Shown here one piece after another: positions 1-14,256 of a stretch of 64,000 bases of DNA. The translations under genes and the position numbers were made by a program. Under the pieces are notes generated by a model. The model searched no databases, was not told the DNA's origin, and was given only the letters and a program-made list of their open reading frames with translations. Source of the DNA: Chiloscyllium plagiosum (lineage: Eukaryota); NCBI RefSeq assembly GCF_004010195.1, contig NC_057720.1:14582602-14646601 (forward strand), written 5' to 3'. How positions within the stretch are numbered: position 1 is the stretch's first letter; each line of letters begins with the position of its first letter.

Positions 1-601
1 GTTCTTAGTAAGGTGGAGGGGCAGAGGGATCTTGGGGTCTATGTTCATAGGTCTTTGAAAGTTGCCACTCAGGTGGATAGAGCTTGTAAGAAGGCCTATG
101 GTGTTTTAGTGTTCATTAGCAGAGGGATTGAATTCAAGAGTCGTGAAGTGATGTTGCAGCTGTACAGTATCTTGGTTAGGCCACATTTGGAGTACTGTGT
201 GCAGTTCTGGTCGCCTCACTTTAGGAAAGATGTGGAAGCTTTGGAGAGGGTGCAGAGAAGATTTACCAGGATGTTGCCTGGAATCGAGAATAGGTCGTAC
301 GAGGATAGGTTGAGAGTGCTAGGCCTTTTCTCACTGGAATGGCGAAGGATATGGGGTGACTTGATAGAGGTTTATAAGCTGATCAGAGGAATAGATAGAG
401 TAGACAGTCAGAAACTCTTTCCCTGGGTACAACAGTGTTACAAAGGGACATAAATTTAAGGTGAAGAGTGGAAGGTATAGGGGGGATGTCCTTTAAGCGG
501 CAATTGGATAGGTACATGGATAGGTGCTTAAGCTAGGACAAATGTTCGGCACAACATCGTGGGCCCAAGAGCCTGTTCTGTGCTGTATTGTTCTATGTTC
601 T
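1..601 (+). mobile_element. CR1-clade LINE 3' fragment (RT C-terminus and 3' UTR)
   Basis: ORF 13..453 contains the CR1 motif LVRPHLEYCVQFWSP...LERVQRRFTRM; tail ends gttctatgttct. Confidence 0.9.
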
Positions 602-1445
602 TAGCTTGCAGATGGCAAAGATAGATGGTGGGGGTGGCAGGTAGTGTTGAGGAAGTGGGGAGGTTGCGAAAGGACTTGGACAGGCTAGGAGAGTGGGCAA
701 AGAAGTGACAAAATGTGAGATTATAACTTTTATGTTATGAGTAGAGGCATAGACTACTTTCTAAACAGTGAAAGTCTTTGGAAATCTGAAGCCCAGAGTT
801 GAGAATCCTAATTCTGTATTATCAAGATTGGCATGCAGGTTCATTTGGCAGTTGAAAAGGCAAATGCAATGTTAGCATTAATTTTGGGAAGGCTAGAATA
901 CAAGAGCAGAAATATACTGCTGAGGCTTGTCAGGGTTCTGGTCAGACCACATTGTGAGCAGCTCTGGGCTCTATATCCCAGGAAGGACATGCTGACGTTG
1001 GAGGGGGTCCAGTGGAGATTTAGAACAACAGGCTTGTCATGAGCAGTTCAGGACTCTGTCTGTACTCCATGGAGTTTAGAGCATTGAGTGGGGAGTCTAA
1101 TTGAAATTTCCAGCATACTAGGAGGCCTGGATAGAGTGAATGTGGAGAAGATGTTTGCTTTCTTTAGTAGGAGATACTAGAACCCGAGAACGCAATCTTA
1201 GTGAAGGCATGACCCTTTTTAGAACTGAGATGAGAAATGTATTTAGCCAGAGGGTGCTGAATCTATGGATCTCATTGCCACAGAGGACTGTGAAGGCCAA
1301 GTCACTGTACTTAAAACCAGAGAATGAGTTGCTTGATTTAACAAGGGGATCGAGGAGAATGGGATTGAGAAACAGGTCAGCCATGATTGTATAGCAGAGC
1401 AGACTCTGAGCCAAATGACCTACTTCTGCTCCTATATTTTATGCC
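602..1445 (+). mobile_element. Decayed CR1 LINE 3' fragment (second subfamily)
   Basis: Frameshifted RT remnants (ORFs 833..1042 and 1140..1394); tail cctacttctgctcctat. Confidence 0.8.
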
Positions 1446-2321
1446 CTTGTGATTGTTTGTAGAAAGATAATGATGCCTACATGCAAAATTGTGAGTGCAG
1501 TTCAAGTATAGAAAGAAGTGTCCAGTTGTCACCTTTTTTCTTCCACATGTAAGTAAATTTTTACATGTTTAAATGTGTAGTCTTCTATTTTGTGTCCTAA
1601 TTAATTGCAGTATATTGACATGACAAAGACTTCCACAAGAGAAAATTTTATGCAATCCGTTGTGGCCGATTTGAATCCACTTTACTGCCTTAAAAAGATG
1701 AAGCTCAAACCAATAACTTTGTTTTATATTTGTTTCTTTGAGTTGGCTATTGAGGATTCCTAATTATCTACCAATTTCCCTGTACTCCAGTAGGAATGAA
1801 AGTTTTTGCTATATAGAGTTGAGATTTTTTTTAAAAACATGCAATACCACCCAGAAGAAAAATGCCTGGTTATTGATCCATTTGTTGTCTACCGAACTTA
1901 AGTTTGCGCAAATTGAATGCTATACAACTCATTCAATCACTGACCTTTTGAGGTGTGATATTTACTTCTTGAAAAATAATTTGCTTTCAATAAGAATTGA
2001 AGTTCCACTAGATATTCTTCTAATCCAGAGATTTAATCAGATTAAAACATGACATTTACTACTCTCTCAAGCCGACTGATGTTATTCCCAGGAAGTTTCC
2101 AGATACTATAAGGGTTCTTTTTTGGAATATGCTCTGGGTTGAATTATTGTAATATTTTAATTTCCAGTTTCATATAAGTCAACCTATTGGTTTTAAAAAT
2201 ATGGTTAGCATTTAGGCTAACACCTCAATCAAGTGCTGTTTGATTTATTCGATTTGTATTAATGTTGACACAGGCTAAACACTAACTTCAAAATATGGGG
2301 CAGGTGCTAGAAATTTGATTT

Positions 2322-2618
2322 GTTTCCCTACAGTATGGAAACAGGCCATTTGGCCCAACAAGTCCACACTGACCCTCTGAAAACTAACCCACCCGGACCC
2401 ATTATTTACCCCTGACTAATGCATCTAACACTGGGCAATTTAGCATAGCCAATTTACCTGACTTGCACATCTTTGGACTGTGGGAGGAAACTGGAGCACC
2501 CGGAGCAAACCCACGCAGACACAGGGAGAATGTGCAAACTCCACACACAGTCGCCTGAGGCTAGAATCGAACCTGGAACCCTGGTGCTATGAGGCAGTAA
2601 TGCTAGCCACTGTGCTGC
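2322..2618 (-). mobile_element. HE1-type tRNA-derived V-SINE
   Basis: Reverse complement shows an A/B-box tRNA head, the V-domain (gtgtggagtttgcacattctccc...gggtgctccagtttcctcccacagtccaaa) and a CR1-like tail. Confidence 0.85.
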
Positions 2619-2632
2619 TTAAATAGTGGTTA

Positions 2633-2850
2633 GCAATCCAATTTGTTCTTAACTAATTATTTTAAACTTTTTTTTTAAAAGATCCCCAAGGGTCACAATA
2701 GAAACCCAGGGCTCTCCAAATCATTGGATTTCTTTTAATCTCTCTCGATGTTGGTTGATGTACTTCTCAACATAAGAGTTGGTCAGGTTGCAAATTTGCT
2801 CACTGAGAAATTCTTGGAAATTTTGTCACCATGCTAGGTAGCACCATCAG
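2633..2850. repeat. Diverged direct copy of 4350-4575 (flank plus PLE end)
   Basis: Collinear sequence gcaatc..aatttgttctt..actaattattttaaac..aagggtcacaatagaaac..ctctccaaatcattggatttctttt..gatgtacttctcaacataa..tcaggttg..tttgctcactgag..gtcacc.tgctaggta.ca.catcag. Confidence 0.85.
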
Positions 2851-4498
2851 TGGTGCACTGAAAGGGTGATATTAGGTAAATTAGCTTTTGTTTAAAGCAA
2901 ATAATCCATATTTCAGTTACTGGCATTTTCAACCATTGTTTGATTTTTTTTTAAAGAAAGGATTGTATATGAAGCTTGTGACTTTAAGTAGGTGAGTCAC
3001 ATTTGCTAATGAGCATTTTTGTAGTTCTATCTATGGCAATTCAATGCTTTGAAACACTAATCAGAATCTTCTAATTTTAAAAAAACCTTTCGCTATAGAT
3101 GCTGGAAATGTGCAAAAAAAATCTTAGAAATCATTAGTGGGAAGGATACAATGTTTCACACTGACATTTTTTTCATCCGAGCACAAGCAACTAAATAGTT
3201 TGAAATGTGGAATTGATTAGTAAATTCGAGACAGATGGAAATAGTGATTATGGTGAGAGGAAAAGAAAGACCGTAGCGAAGAATTTATTTTTAAATTTGA
3301 ATTTGCAAGAGTTTGAAAATGGAATGAGACTCTGAGTTAATTTTCAGGACCACAGAGGTTGTTTGGAAATTAAGATCTGTCATGTTGTCAAAAAGACTAA
3401 AATGGGCAAGCCTTAGGTTAGTCTGTATCTATGATATCAGTATGGGGAGTTCACTGTCAAACATCTGGCTCCCCAAATGTACTGAACAACTGAGACAGAA
3501 ACTTCTGAATTTTCAGTACAGCTCTGCATCTGTGCTTGCAGTCTGATTTTTGTTCATCAGAAATATTGAATATCATTAGCTTACTTTTATAGTAATTTCT
3601 GCCCCTTTTGTGGAGTAGGTATTTATCTTATTTAAGCAGGCAGATTGACTGTGGTTTGTGACTGTGTTTTTCTAAACTGAAACAATATCAGCACAATAGT
3701 TGGCTCTAAACTCGCAACATAAATAGCAATGCTGAGCTCAGTAAACACTTGAGGGTGAAATTTTGGCTGAAAGATTGTCCCTTGATATATATTATATAAT
3801 TCCATTGTTGCAACATGTGTATTATCGCAGTTTTAAAAATGTGGTTGAACTGATCTCAAATATGTCTAACAGCTGTAATGAAATTTGTCTTGCGTTTAGC
3901 CTAACGTAATGTGCCTTGTGCCATATTTTTCTGATTTAATCTAGTTCACTCCCTCATTGTCCCCATGACTAGTGAGCATAGCTATAAGTCATGGTGCTTC
4001 TCACTAATACTGTACTGATCGAAATTTATCATTTCACTCACAACCAAAGTTAAGATTAACATTCGCAATTGCACTGCTGGCTGTTGTACAACTCGAGTGG
4101 ACAAAGTGTGGCAGTGTCGCAAGCCATTTTACTACTTAATTCAAATTGGTTTAACTTTTAAACACCCACCTCCCCTTCTCTGCCTGTCACTTAAAGGAAT
4201 TTGCTTCAATGTATGTGCTTATCTTACACCAGTATTAAATACAATAGTGTATGATTTTGGTAATGGAATTCAATACTATACCATATTTCTTGGCTGAGCT
4301 TCAGAAGTGTTTGGAAAATTTCTTCATTCATTTACATCTCAATTATATTGCAATCTAATTTGTTCTTAAAACTAATTATTTTAAACCTTTTTTCAAAGAT
4401 CCTCAAGGGTCACAATAGAAACTCAGGCTCTCCAAATCATTGGATTTCTTTTTATCTCTCCAGACATTGGATGATGTACTTCTCAACATAAATGTTAG

Positions 4499-5301
4499 TC
4501 AGGTTGTAAGTTTGCTCACTGAGCTGGTAGATTTCTTGTTAGAAGTTTCGTCACCGTGCTAGGTAACATCATCAGGAGCCTCTGATGAAGTGCTGGTGTT
4601 CTGCCTCGTTTGCTATTTATCTGTCTTTGTTGTGGTAGGTGATATTATTTCTGGCTCTGTTTCTGAGAGTTGGTAAATGGGGTCTAAATCTGTTTGTTAA
4701 TGGAGTTCCGGTTTGAATGCCAGACCTCTCGGCATTCCTATGCATGTCTTTGTTTAGCCTGTCCCAGGATGGATGCATTGTCCCAGTTGAGCTGGCGTCC
4801 CACTTCATCTGTGTGTATGGATACCAGTGATAGTTGGTCATGTCATTTGGTGGCTAGTTGGTGCTCATGTATCCTGGTGGCTAGCCAGGCACGTATGTCC
4901 GATGTAATGTTTGTTGCAGTTCTTGCAGGGTATTTGTATATAACATTCGTTCTGCAGGTTGTAGAACCAAAAGACATGACTAACTATCACTGGTATCCAT
5001 ACACACACAGACTAAGAGGGGCACCAGTTTGACTGGGACAGGCTAAACAAAGACACTCCTCGGAATTTCTAGAGGCCTGGCATTCAAACCGGAACTCCAT
5101 TAGCAAACCTATAGATTTTGGACCCTATTTACCAAACCTCTCAGAACAGCACACTATATCACCTCCCACAATAAACAGAGAAAATAGCAAGAGAGGCAGA
5201 ACACCAATGCTTCAACCAAAGGCTCTCTGATGTTACCTAGCATGATGACGAAACATTTGAGAACAAATCTATCAGCTCAGTGAGCAAATTTTACAACCTG
5301 A
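4499..5301. mobile_element. Penelope-like element with inverted arms (about 4499-4850 and 4965-5301)
   Basis: The two arms are reverse complements. They carry decayed GIY-YIG C-terminal sequence similar to 37907-39424 and a hammerhead motif. Confidence 0.8.
4542..4575 (-). ncRNA. Minimal hammerhead ribozyme motif (PLE family C)
   Basis: Minus strand reads CUGAUGA-U-GUUACC-UAGCAC-GGUGAC-GAAA-C-UUC. Confidence 0.65.
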
Positions 5302-8072
5302 GCTGCAAATCCCCGAAATCTTGGAGTTGGTGTAAAACTGGAATGCTTTATTGAGATGAGCAGAAGACTACTGAGTCCTTCTAGCCTGCTGTCGTTCAGT
5401 AAAACCACAGCTAAGTTGATTTCAGATATGAGATTACATTTCCATCTACGCCATGATAACCTTACATTCTCTTAAGGATCTACCTACGTCAGTCTTAAAA
5501 ATGTTCAAGTCTTGTTTCGACTACCTTTTTTCAGGAAGAGTTCCAAAGATTCACGTCTCCCCAAAAGAAACTTGTCTGTTTCAGTAGGGTGATCTGATTT
5601 TGTTAAAAATGTTGACCCCAATTTCTACATGCTTTGATAAGCAGAAGCCACCTCTCTCCATCTTCCCAGGCAAGCCCTGTCACAATCCTGTATATTTCAA
5701 TAATATCATCCTTGACTACTACTACTCCACTGTATACAAGCCTAGCTTGTCAATCTTTCTCATGTGTCAGTCCCTTCTCCACTCTCCCATTTCAGTTATT
5801 ACTGCACCAAAAAACTGTTAAACATTTTTTTAAAAATCTACCAATTGTCTGATAACATCTTTGATTTTGATAAATTTAATGAAATTAGAATCAAGACAGG
5901 TAAATATTAGTTAAAACGCACATCAACCATGATCTAAGTGAATGGTAGACAAACTTTAAGGAGCTGACTAGCCCACTCTTGTCCTGGTGTTCCATTATGC
6001 CGCCTTAAAGAATGTTTGACTTATTGACCATTGCTTTTCCTTGGGCTAATACTTGTAAATTAGCACAAAGTGTCTCTGGAAATATATTTTTATTCAAACT
6101 GGGCAGAGTTGCATTAGCATCATGTTACCCTGTCCAAAACTTGTATTTTACTTTAGCCCAGCACTGCACATCCACGAAGATTTTCAAAGATTTTGTGTTG
6201 TAGAAACATTATAGAATGTTGCAGCTTCTTGGATATAGTCCAGGAGCTATTCTTTAAATGAGAAATCATTTGAAAATAAACTTGAATGAATACATTTTTC
6301 ATTTAGTAATCTTTTTAATATAATTATATGGATCTCCTTTTTTAATAACCCCTTGGATGTTTTCAATTTTATTATGGAATTTTGATCATTTTTAGAGTAG
6401 ATAAAATGCTCCCTGTAAAGCCCAAAGAATAACCTTTTTCTAGTACGGTTGACTATTGCTAAAAAGACACTTGAAATTTTTCACCTTGCACTGATCAGGA
6501 AATCTTTCAAGAATGCAAATTCAACGGGAAAATTAACATACGCTTAAGAGGAGAGTACTTGTTAGCAGAGATGTTGTCATGGAAAATACACCCCATAATG
6601 CTGAATGATAGTTAATAGACAGTTTACTTAAATTTTATCCTAATTTAGGATTGCAAGTTTGTACACATGCATGCTACATCTATTCCTATACAGGATCCTG
6701 TCCTTTGTAGACAACATGTATTCTCATTGTATCTGTTTCTTCTCACCAAAATGGGTCTCGGCCAGTCATTGATTTATTTCCAAGGGTAATATCCCGACCA
6801 ATTGGGTCAGTCTTCCTGGTATAAATTTAAACAAGTCCTGGCTGTTCTCTCAATTAGCATTAATGCATGTGTTTTTCTGTGGCAGCACCTGCAACACTAA
6901 AGCTTATCTATTAAAATGCTAGCATGCAGAGCTTATTTGTATGGTAAGGTTTTTTATTTTGTTATAACCAGTTGATGGCTTTGGCTGCTCATGTAATGTT
7001 TCCACTGGTTTTTGAACTAGTATTTTGGCCAGATGATGGCTTCAAAGGTGATCCCATCTTTACTTAGCATTTAGATATTGCATGTATATCCAACGGGAGC
7101 TGATTAATTGATGAGAATGAGGGCTTTTGCTGGTTACTCTTCTATCCACCTCACCCTGTCCCAACAATTTCCTCAAAGCTTGAAGACATTAAGGCCAATT
7201 GTAGCATTCCAACTGATGCCACAGCTAATTTGATATAGATAAGGACTTAAATCTGGCTTCTGCTTTGTATAGTTTAGTACTTGTTTCTGAGGTTTCCAGG
7301 TAGTTCTATCTGTGCAGATTTAAAGAAAAAACTAAATGTTATGGCAGCACTTTTACTTCCCTTCAAATTAGGATTTTTAAAGTTTATTTTAAAAAAAATG
7401 CTGCTTTTGTATTTTGGGTGTGTCACCAGCAAGATTTTGTCACCTGGTTTTTGACCAAGTTTGAAGACGTGTGTCAAATGAGTAAGCTAGGGTAGGGTTT
7501 GTTAAATAGGTTGCTTCAATGTTGTAAACAGAAGTTCCAGTGCCTTTACTGGATGGGATATACAAGTCAAGAAATATAGACCAGGGTAATAGATCATTTT
7601 GGCTTGTTTAGTGCGCTCCACCATTTAGCCAAGTGATGGCTGATCTGTGTTTTAACTCCATATATCCACAGTTGCTCCATATCCCATAAATTGTTTTGAT
7701 ATTCATGTATGCACTATCTTCATGGAGTCAAAATCTTTGAAAAATAATTTTCCCAGGAAATGACTGGGGAGATTTTAAAAATAAAATTGCAAGACAAGTT
7801 TTCATGTTTATACACTTTTTTATTGTAGCAAGCAACCAAAATCAACACACTATATGTAATAATTTTTGTTTGTTTGGTGTTTGCGGCTTATTAACTGACA
7901 CAGTATTCCATGGTATGATTTTACATTGTACCATGCTTCTAGCAGCCACAGAGCCTTGAATGTTAAAACCCAAGCTCTTCCTGACGTTGCAACCTGTACC
8001 TTTCACCTTTCAAAATCAGGGCAAGTCTCGCAATGTCTTTTGAAAATCTATTCAGTTTGTTGTCCCCTTCCC

Positions 8073-8292
8073 ACCTCAGTCAAAGCAAAGCGCTCAGAGC
8101 CACAGTATAGTTTTACCTCCATCTTTATTCCAGGCCCTGGAGCGAGAGAATGTACGATCGCCCATGTGCACAGAGACACGAGTTCTCGGTCTTCTCTCAA
8201 ACAGCAGTTTCTTAATGAATTATGTAGTCATTTCACAGGAAGGAGCATCCACATTAGGCAACATACATTATTAATTGGGTGACTGTTAAAAT
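8073..8292. repeat. Interspersed repeat, possibly a solo-LTR fragment; second copy at 32956-33170
   Basis: The two copies share cctcagtc.aagcaaa..cagtatagtttt.cctcc..atctttattcc..ccctggag..ccatgtgcacagagaca..tttcttaatgaattat..attgggtgac; AATAAA lies on the minus strand. Confidence 0.6.
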
Positions 8293-11200
8293 CAATGAGT
8301 GTGGGGGCAGGCGGGGAGGTGGAATTCATAGCTGGGTTCTCAATATTATCGCTGAGGCACACTGCTATTAACATCTGCTAATTAGAGTAGCAGACCATAA
8401 TGTGTTACATGGCTGATCTCCTAACCAGGCCAATAACTTGCCCTCAATTCCATTATCTTCCTCTCGTTTCAACATGCTCGGTAAGTGTCTCAGGGATTTT
8501 GTGCAATGTAAGAATCTGAGAAAGTGGAGCAAGCCTTTCAGGCATGCCTGTCATTCAATAAGATCTGCCCCCAGGCCATGCCACACATTTTCCTGTTGTT
8601 GGGCTAGCTCCCAACTCCCCGACATTTCAAAAAGCAGCTCTTCTTTAATACTTTGATCTGGCCTCCACAATTCTCTGGGATAGAGCATTCCAGACATTCA
8701 TCACACTCTGGCAGAATTAATTCCTTTGCATCTCAGTTTTAATTGGTGAACACATTCTCTGTAATTGTAATCTCCTAGTTTAAGAATTCCTCATTAGTGG
8801 AAATGTATTCTCAAGCCCCTCACAATCTAGCATGCTTCAACAAGGTCAGCCCTTATTCTTCTAACTTGTAATGAAAGAAGTCTGAACTTGTTTAGTCATT
8901 CTTGATAAGTCACCCTGTTCACTGGAATCAACTTAGTGAATCCCTTTTGCTAAGTTCCCCTCCAAACTACTCACCATCCTGATTTGCAAATATATCATCA
9001 TTCCAACACTGATGGATCAAAATCCTAGAATTCCCTCCCTAATGGCATTGTGGATAAACCCGCAGCAGGTGGGCCTTTCTTAAATGGACAGAACTGTACA
9101 CTACTGGTGTGGCTGCACCATCATCCTGGACACTTGTAACAAAATTTCTCTACTTTTAAACTCCATTCTTCAATGAAGGGTAAAATTCCATTTGTTTTAA
9201 TTCTTTGCTGTATGCTAATATTTTTGTAAGAATACCCAGATCCCACTGCACTGCACTTCGTTTAATTCATCATCTGCCTTTGATTTCCCCCTGTCAAAGT
9301 GCTTGACCATGTGCTTTCCTACATTAAACTCCATCTGTCAGGTTTTGCCTACTTATTTAACTATTCATATCCTCTAGCAGATTCCATCTTTCCTTATAGC
9401 ATGCTCTCTCTCCTATTTTTGCATGGTCAGCAAATTTGGATCATGACACTGTGGGGCAGTCTAAATGAGCAACACTGTGGTTTAAGATTCTCCCTTAGAA
9501 GGAAACAACCTCTCAGCATCTATTCTGTGAAGCCCTCTAAGAGTCTTGCATTTTTCAAAGGATTGCCTCTCATTCTTCTAAATTTCAATGAGTATAGGCC
9601 CAACCTACTTGACCAGTCCTCTTAAGAAAATAAGTCCAATCTGGTGGATGTTCTGGCCTGCCTCTGATAAGGGTGTTGTTTTTTTTTTCTAGAAGGGTAC
9701 TGAAACTGTGTTCCAGATGTTAACTGACCAGTGCCTTGTATAGTTTTAGCAAAACCTCCCTTTTTTGTTTGTACACTATTGCTTTCAAATTAAATAAAGG
9801 AATCTTTATTTGCTGATGAGTGGCTGTTGACCTGGGGCCCTGCACGTAATTCTTAACTCCAGCCTTAAATAGAGTCCCTTCGTTAGCCCATTTCCGTGTT
9901 GGTTACTTTAAGAAATTCTTTTCTTTAAAATTTTGCCTCTTGTCTGCTTGACTACCTCATGTATAGCCTCCGTGTTGAATCACTTAACTTTTAATCATGA
10001 TGGCTACTCCTTTTCCCCTATACCGGAACCCTACCCTTTTTGAAGACCTAATAATCTGTCATGTGTTGTTCCTAGCCCTGACTTGCAGTCAGTGTTAGTG
10101 ATGGCTGTCTTCCACAGGGAGCCTGTGTATGTATTTTTTTCATATTCCATTCATTTATGTAATTAATGTTACTTTGGGCCATAACCCTACATGTCTTGGT
10201 CTAATGTTTTCTTAATTTCTTATTTTTCTCCTTCATTTTAATAACATTTTATATGTTTGGGTTTTCTCTTTTATCTGCAGTGTCTCATTGTTTGGTTTGT
10301 TTTAGAATTATGTTTGCTACTGTAGTCCTTTTGTAAATCCTTAATCTTTCTCCTTATGACTCCAGTAGAGTCCTTCCAAACAATGTTATATTGGATATTG
10401 GCACAAGTAAATGGAACTTCTCTTTGTGTTCACCTTCCGAATTTTGATTATCGCATGGGCTGTTGTGATTATTGCTAATTAAGAGATTAGAACTCTTGAG
10501 CTTCTACGCTTTCAATTTACTTTCTTGTGCTGTGGTATGCCTATGCACATGGGATTTCTGTGCATCGGTGGAATACTTGTTGCTATAGAAATATGCCAGA
10601 ATTAGTTTCCACAGGTATATAGTCAATGTTCAGATCCTGCCAGTTTATAAGTATTGTTTTTGAGGTTTTTATCCTCCAGGGATGAATTATTTAAGAAAAA
10701 ATACTTGACAGATTTTAAAGCAGTAATCTGAGGTAATAAAGGTCGTCCAGGTAATAAAGAGAACACTTCAGAATAGGTCTATGATCTAGTGTTAACGACT
10801 AACAAAATTTAGAGAGATGAAATAAGTCATGATCAGTCGCAGTTTTAATTAGGATCAGGGATAAAAGACAAGAAAAATTGAAATATAGCTTTTTAAAAGT
10901 TAACCTGTATTTAGAAGGTAACCTGTTTAAGAGCCTTGATGATGTTAGGACATTGAGAAAGGGTAGTATTTTTATAGGGTTGGTGATGGAGTGGGAATAT
11001 CTGAAAAGAACAGATTATTTAAGACATCAGGTAGCATAGTGGCCAAAATGAGAAGCTTTGTTGCAACAGGTTAGAGGTAATGGGGTCGATTGGTGATAAT
11101 AACATGGTCAACTACTTTCTACAAGAAAGTGATGCTTTGAAAAGTGGGATGGTATTTGAAAATCGAAAAATGAAAATCTGTTAGAATCTAGTTTGGAAGA

Positions 11201-12079
11201 GGCACAGGGGTGTAACTGGTAGACTTTAACCAAGGAATTGAAGATTGAAATGGAAGGATGTGAATAAGAACAACTTGCATTTTTATAGCACCTACACCCT
11301 CCTTAGCATTCTAAACGGTATTTGAGATTAGGTCACACAAGATACTTGCATGACAAAAGCTTAGTCAAAAAGGTAGGTATTAAGGAGCTTTTTTTTTGAA
11401 GGAGCAAGAAATTCCATAGCTCGTCCGTTGAAGATATGGTCACCAATGGTGCAGCAATGAAAATTAGGCACATACAAAGGACTAGTATTGGAAGAGTATG
11501 GATATCCTGAGGAATTGTAGCTGGATGATTTCGAGATGGTGCGAAACAAAACCGTGGAGGAATTTGAAATCTAGGGCAACAATTTTTAAAATAAATGCAT
11601 TGCTGGGCTACTATTCAGTAGTTTAGCTCATACGGGTAAAGGGTTTAAAATTGCGCAACCGGTTTTGGATGAACTCCAGATTTGAAGGCTGTGTACCAAA
11701 AGTGGTAACTGCATTTGTAAAGACATGATCTAATTAACTAGAGTCAGTGGTTTAAGAGGAAAATAATTCTTACAAATCTGTCAAATACTTTGAGGATGTA
11801 ACTAGTAGGGTAGATAAAGTGTAAGAAGTGGATATGGTAAAGTTGGATTTTCAAAATACTTAAGGTGCTTCAACTTTTCATGGCACGATATGAAGGCTCG
11901 CACAAATAGAGGTAGTGTTACCATAGCTAGAGGACTCCAATGATCTAAAACAATTGGAAAGAACAGATTTTCAGGTTAGCAGCTAGTGTCTAGTTAGATG
12001 CTGGTACCTTAAGGGTGTCACACTTGTGAAGCTACAACATAGGACTGCATGCTTGCCAAATAACATAACAAGCAAATGA

Positions 12080-12700
12080 TAAAGCTCAGCCATTTCGCAA
12101 TCATTGGATCAAATCTAAGCTCAGTCCTATCTCATCCAGTCGTGAATTATGTTAGGCAATTAAAGAATTTGTTGGAGGAAGGGAAGATCTTCAAATATCC
12201 CCAATCCTCAATATTAGTGAGCCTAGCACATCAGCGTAAAAATTAAGACTGTACTATTTTGCAACAATTTTCAGCCAGAAGTGCCAAGTAGTTGATCCAT
12301 CTAAACATAGAGGTCTCCAGCGTTGCAGATGCCAGTCTTCAGCCAATTCAGTTCACTCCAGGTGAGATGAAGAAATGGCTGAGGTACTGAATACTGCAAA
12401 GGTTCTGGATCCTGATAGTAATACTGAAGATTTGTGCTCCAGAACATGCTGTGCCCCTAGCTGAGATGTTCTAGTACAGTTACAACACTAGAATTGCCTG
12501 GTTATGTCCTGCACGTGCAGTCTGGCCAGTTGCTGCTCCATCTGCCGATGCTGAACATCCATCACTTTGATAATGATTTTCATCCAGTGCTATCAAGTAG
12601 CACTTGCATAGCAATAACCTGCTTATTAACACACAGTTTGAGTTTCACACCATCCATTCAGCTCCTGACATCATTTCCTGCACTGATGCAAACATGGAAT
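12080..12700 (+). mobile_element. Decayed LINE RT fragment (CR1/L2 group, distinct family)
   Basis: ttcagccagaagtgccaagt...cagatgccagtcttcagccaattc...gatcctgatag; recognisable but heavily frameshifted RT N-terminal sequence. Confidence 0.55.
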
Positions 12701-14256
12701 TATACAAAACGCTGGTTAGACCTCAACTGGAGTACTACATGCAGTTCTGGTCACAATGTTATAGGAAGGTTTGATTGCGCACCCACACTTTGGAGCCCAG
12801 AGGGGATTTGCAGGATGCTGCTTGAACTGAGAGACCGAGGTTGTTTTCCTTTGAGCAGTGAAGATTGAGAGAGGATCCGGTAAAAGAGTACAAGATTGAA
12901 GGTCAGAGCTAAGATGGATAGGCAGGCACTTTTTGACCAAGCAACATAGATTTAAGGTAAGGGGTAGAAGTCTCATAGGAGAGTTGAGACACATTTTCAA
13001 CTGGAGACTGGTGAAAGTCTGAGACCCTCTGCATGAAAGTGGGGTCTAATATTTTAATGTATTTAGATATTCACTTGCATTGCTATTGTTGTCTGGTGCA
13101 GATGGGATCGGTCGAATGGCTCCCTTATTTGTTGCAAGAACCTATGAATATATAAATATGTTTACCTGGTGAAACTTGAGTTGTGTTGGTTGTTTAGATC
13201 ATAGCTGTTTGTCAGCTCCATGTATTCACTTTGTCTCCATTTCTCTTGATACTCGCATCTAACAAAGAATTAAGAACTAAAATCCAGCAGAATTTTAAAA
13301 AAACATCACTGTTCTGCGTAGTTAATAGCTGTTGTCATCACCTGTTGTGTGAATGTTGCATTTTGCTTTCCATTTAGGGTGTATTTGGAACAGAAGTAGA
13401 TGAAACGAATGCTGATTTCAATTTGGTCTGGATTTTGTAGTGCGTAACTGAATGTCAAAAGCCTGTGTTTTTTCTAAACTGCTTCTCTTCTGATGAAATA
13501 TAACTAATACATGAGCTGCTCAGGCGATTGGATGCCTACTATAAAGGAATGATACATCTCTATGACTCTGTGACTATGCAGTAAAGTGCCTAAGTCATGC
13601 CATGTGTTACATCACTTCCTAAATCTGAATTTACTTTAAAATTTCAGTATTGGTGCTTTCTGAAGAATTGAATTAACACTCAAATTCTGGCGAAAAGGTC
13701 ACAAAGCTAAAATGTTAACTCTAGTTACCCTTTCTAAAAATGTTGACCTGAGTATTTTCAGTATTTTCTGTATATATAATCAGCTTATCTAGTCTGTCTG
13801 CAAATACTGGCACTGCATCAATCACTCAGCTTTGGATTAAGCAGAATTTTAAACTGCATATCAGTACACAGATGTTTAGGATGATAATTAAAATACTGTA
13901 TTTGATTTGTTTATATGTTATGATAAGTACAAGCTCTGAATACTTTTGATAGTTTAAGCTGATCTTTTGAAAACAACAAAAAGCATATTTAGACTTTTTG
14001 CACTGGCAAGTGATCACTCACAGCATTTTTGTGTATCTTTGGAAAGCGTTTGTACTTTAACTGTGTTTTGAAATATTCATCTTTTATTGGATAGTTGATT
14101 GTATTGTGTACTCTTAAATATGTTCCCAAGTGGTTCAGTGCTATCAAATAATTCTGGCAGATTTTTCCAAGATTAAAAATCTGCAAAGGGTTTGTATTGT
14201 CACAAACAGTTTCTTGGACAGAAATGCTTATTTTAAACAAACTTATTCTTCTATAG

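Noticed and set aside
13355..13445. Possible extra exon after ttttgctttccatttag|G upstream of exon 2
   Set aside because: The frame stops after 20 codons, there is no convincing donor and no PKN similarity.
13680..13770. Very decayed PLE-terminus/hammerhead-like remnants (also near 3095 and 30695)
   Set aside because: Too degenerate to call a core or boundaries.
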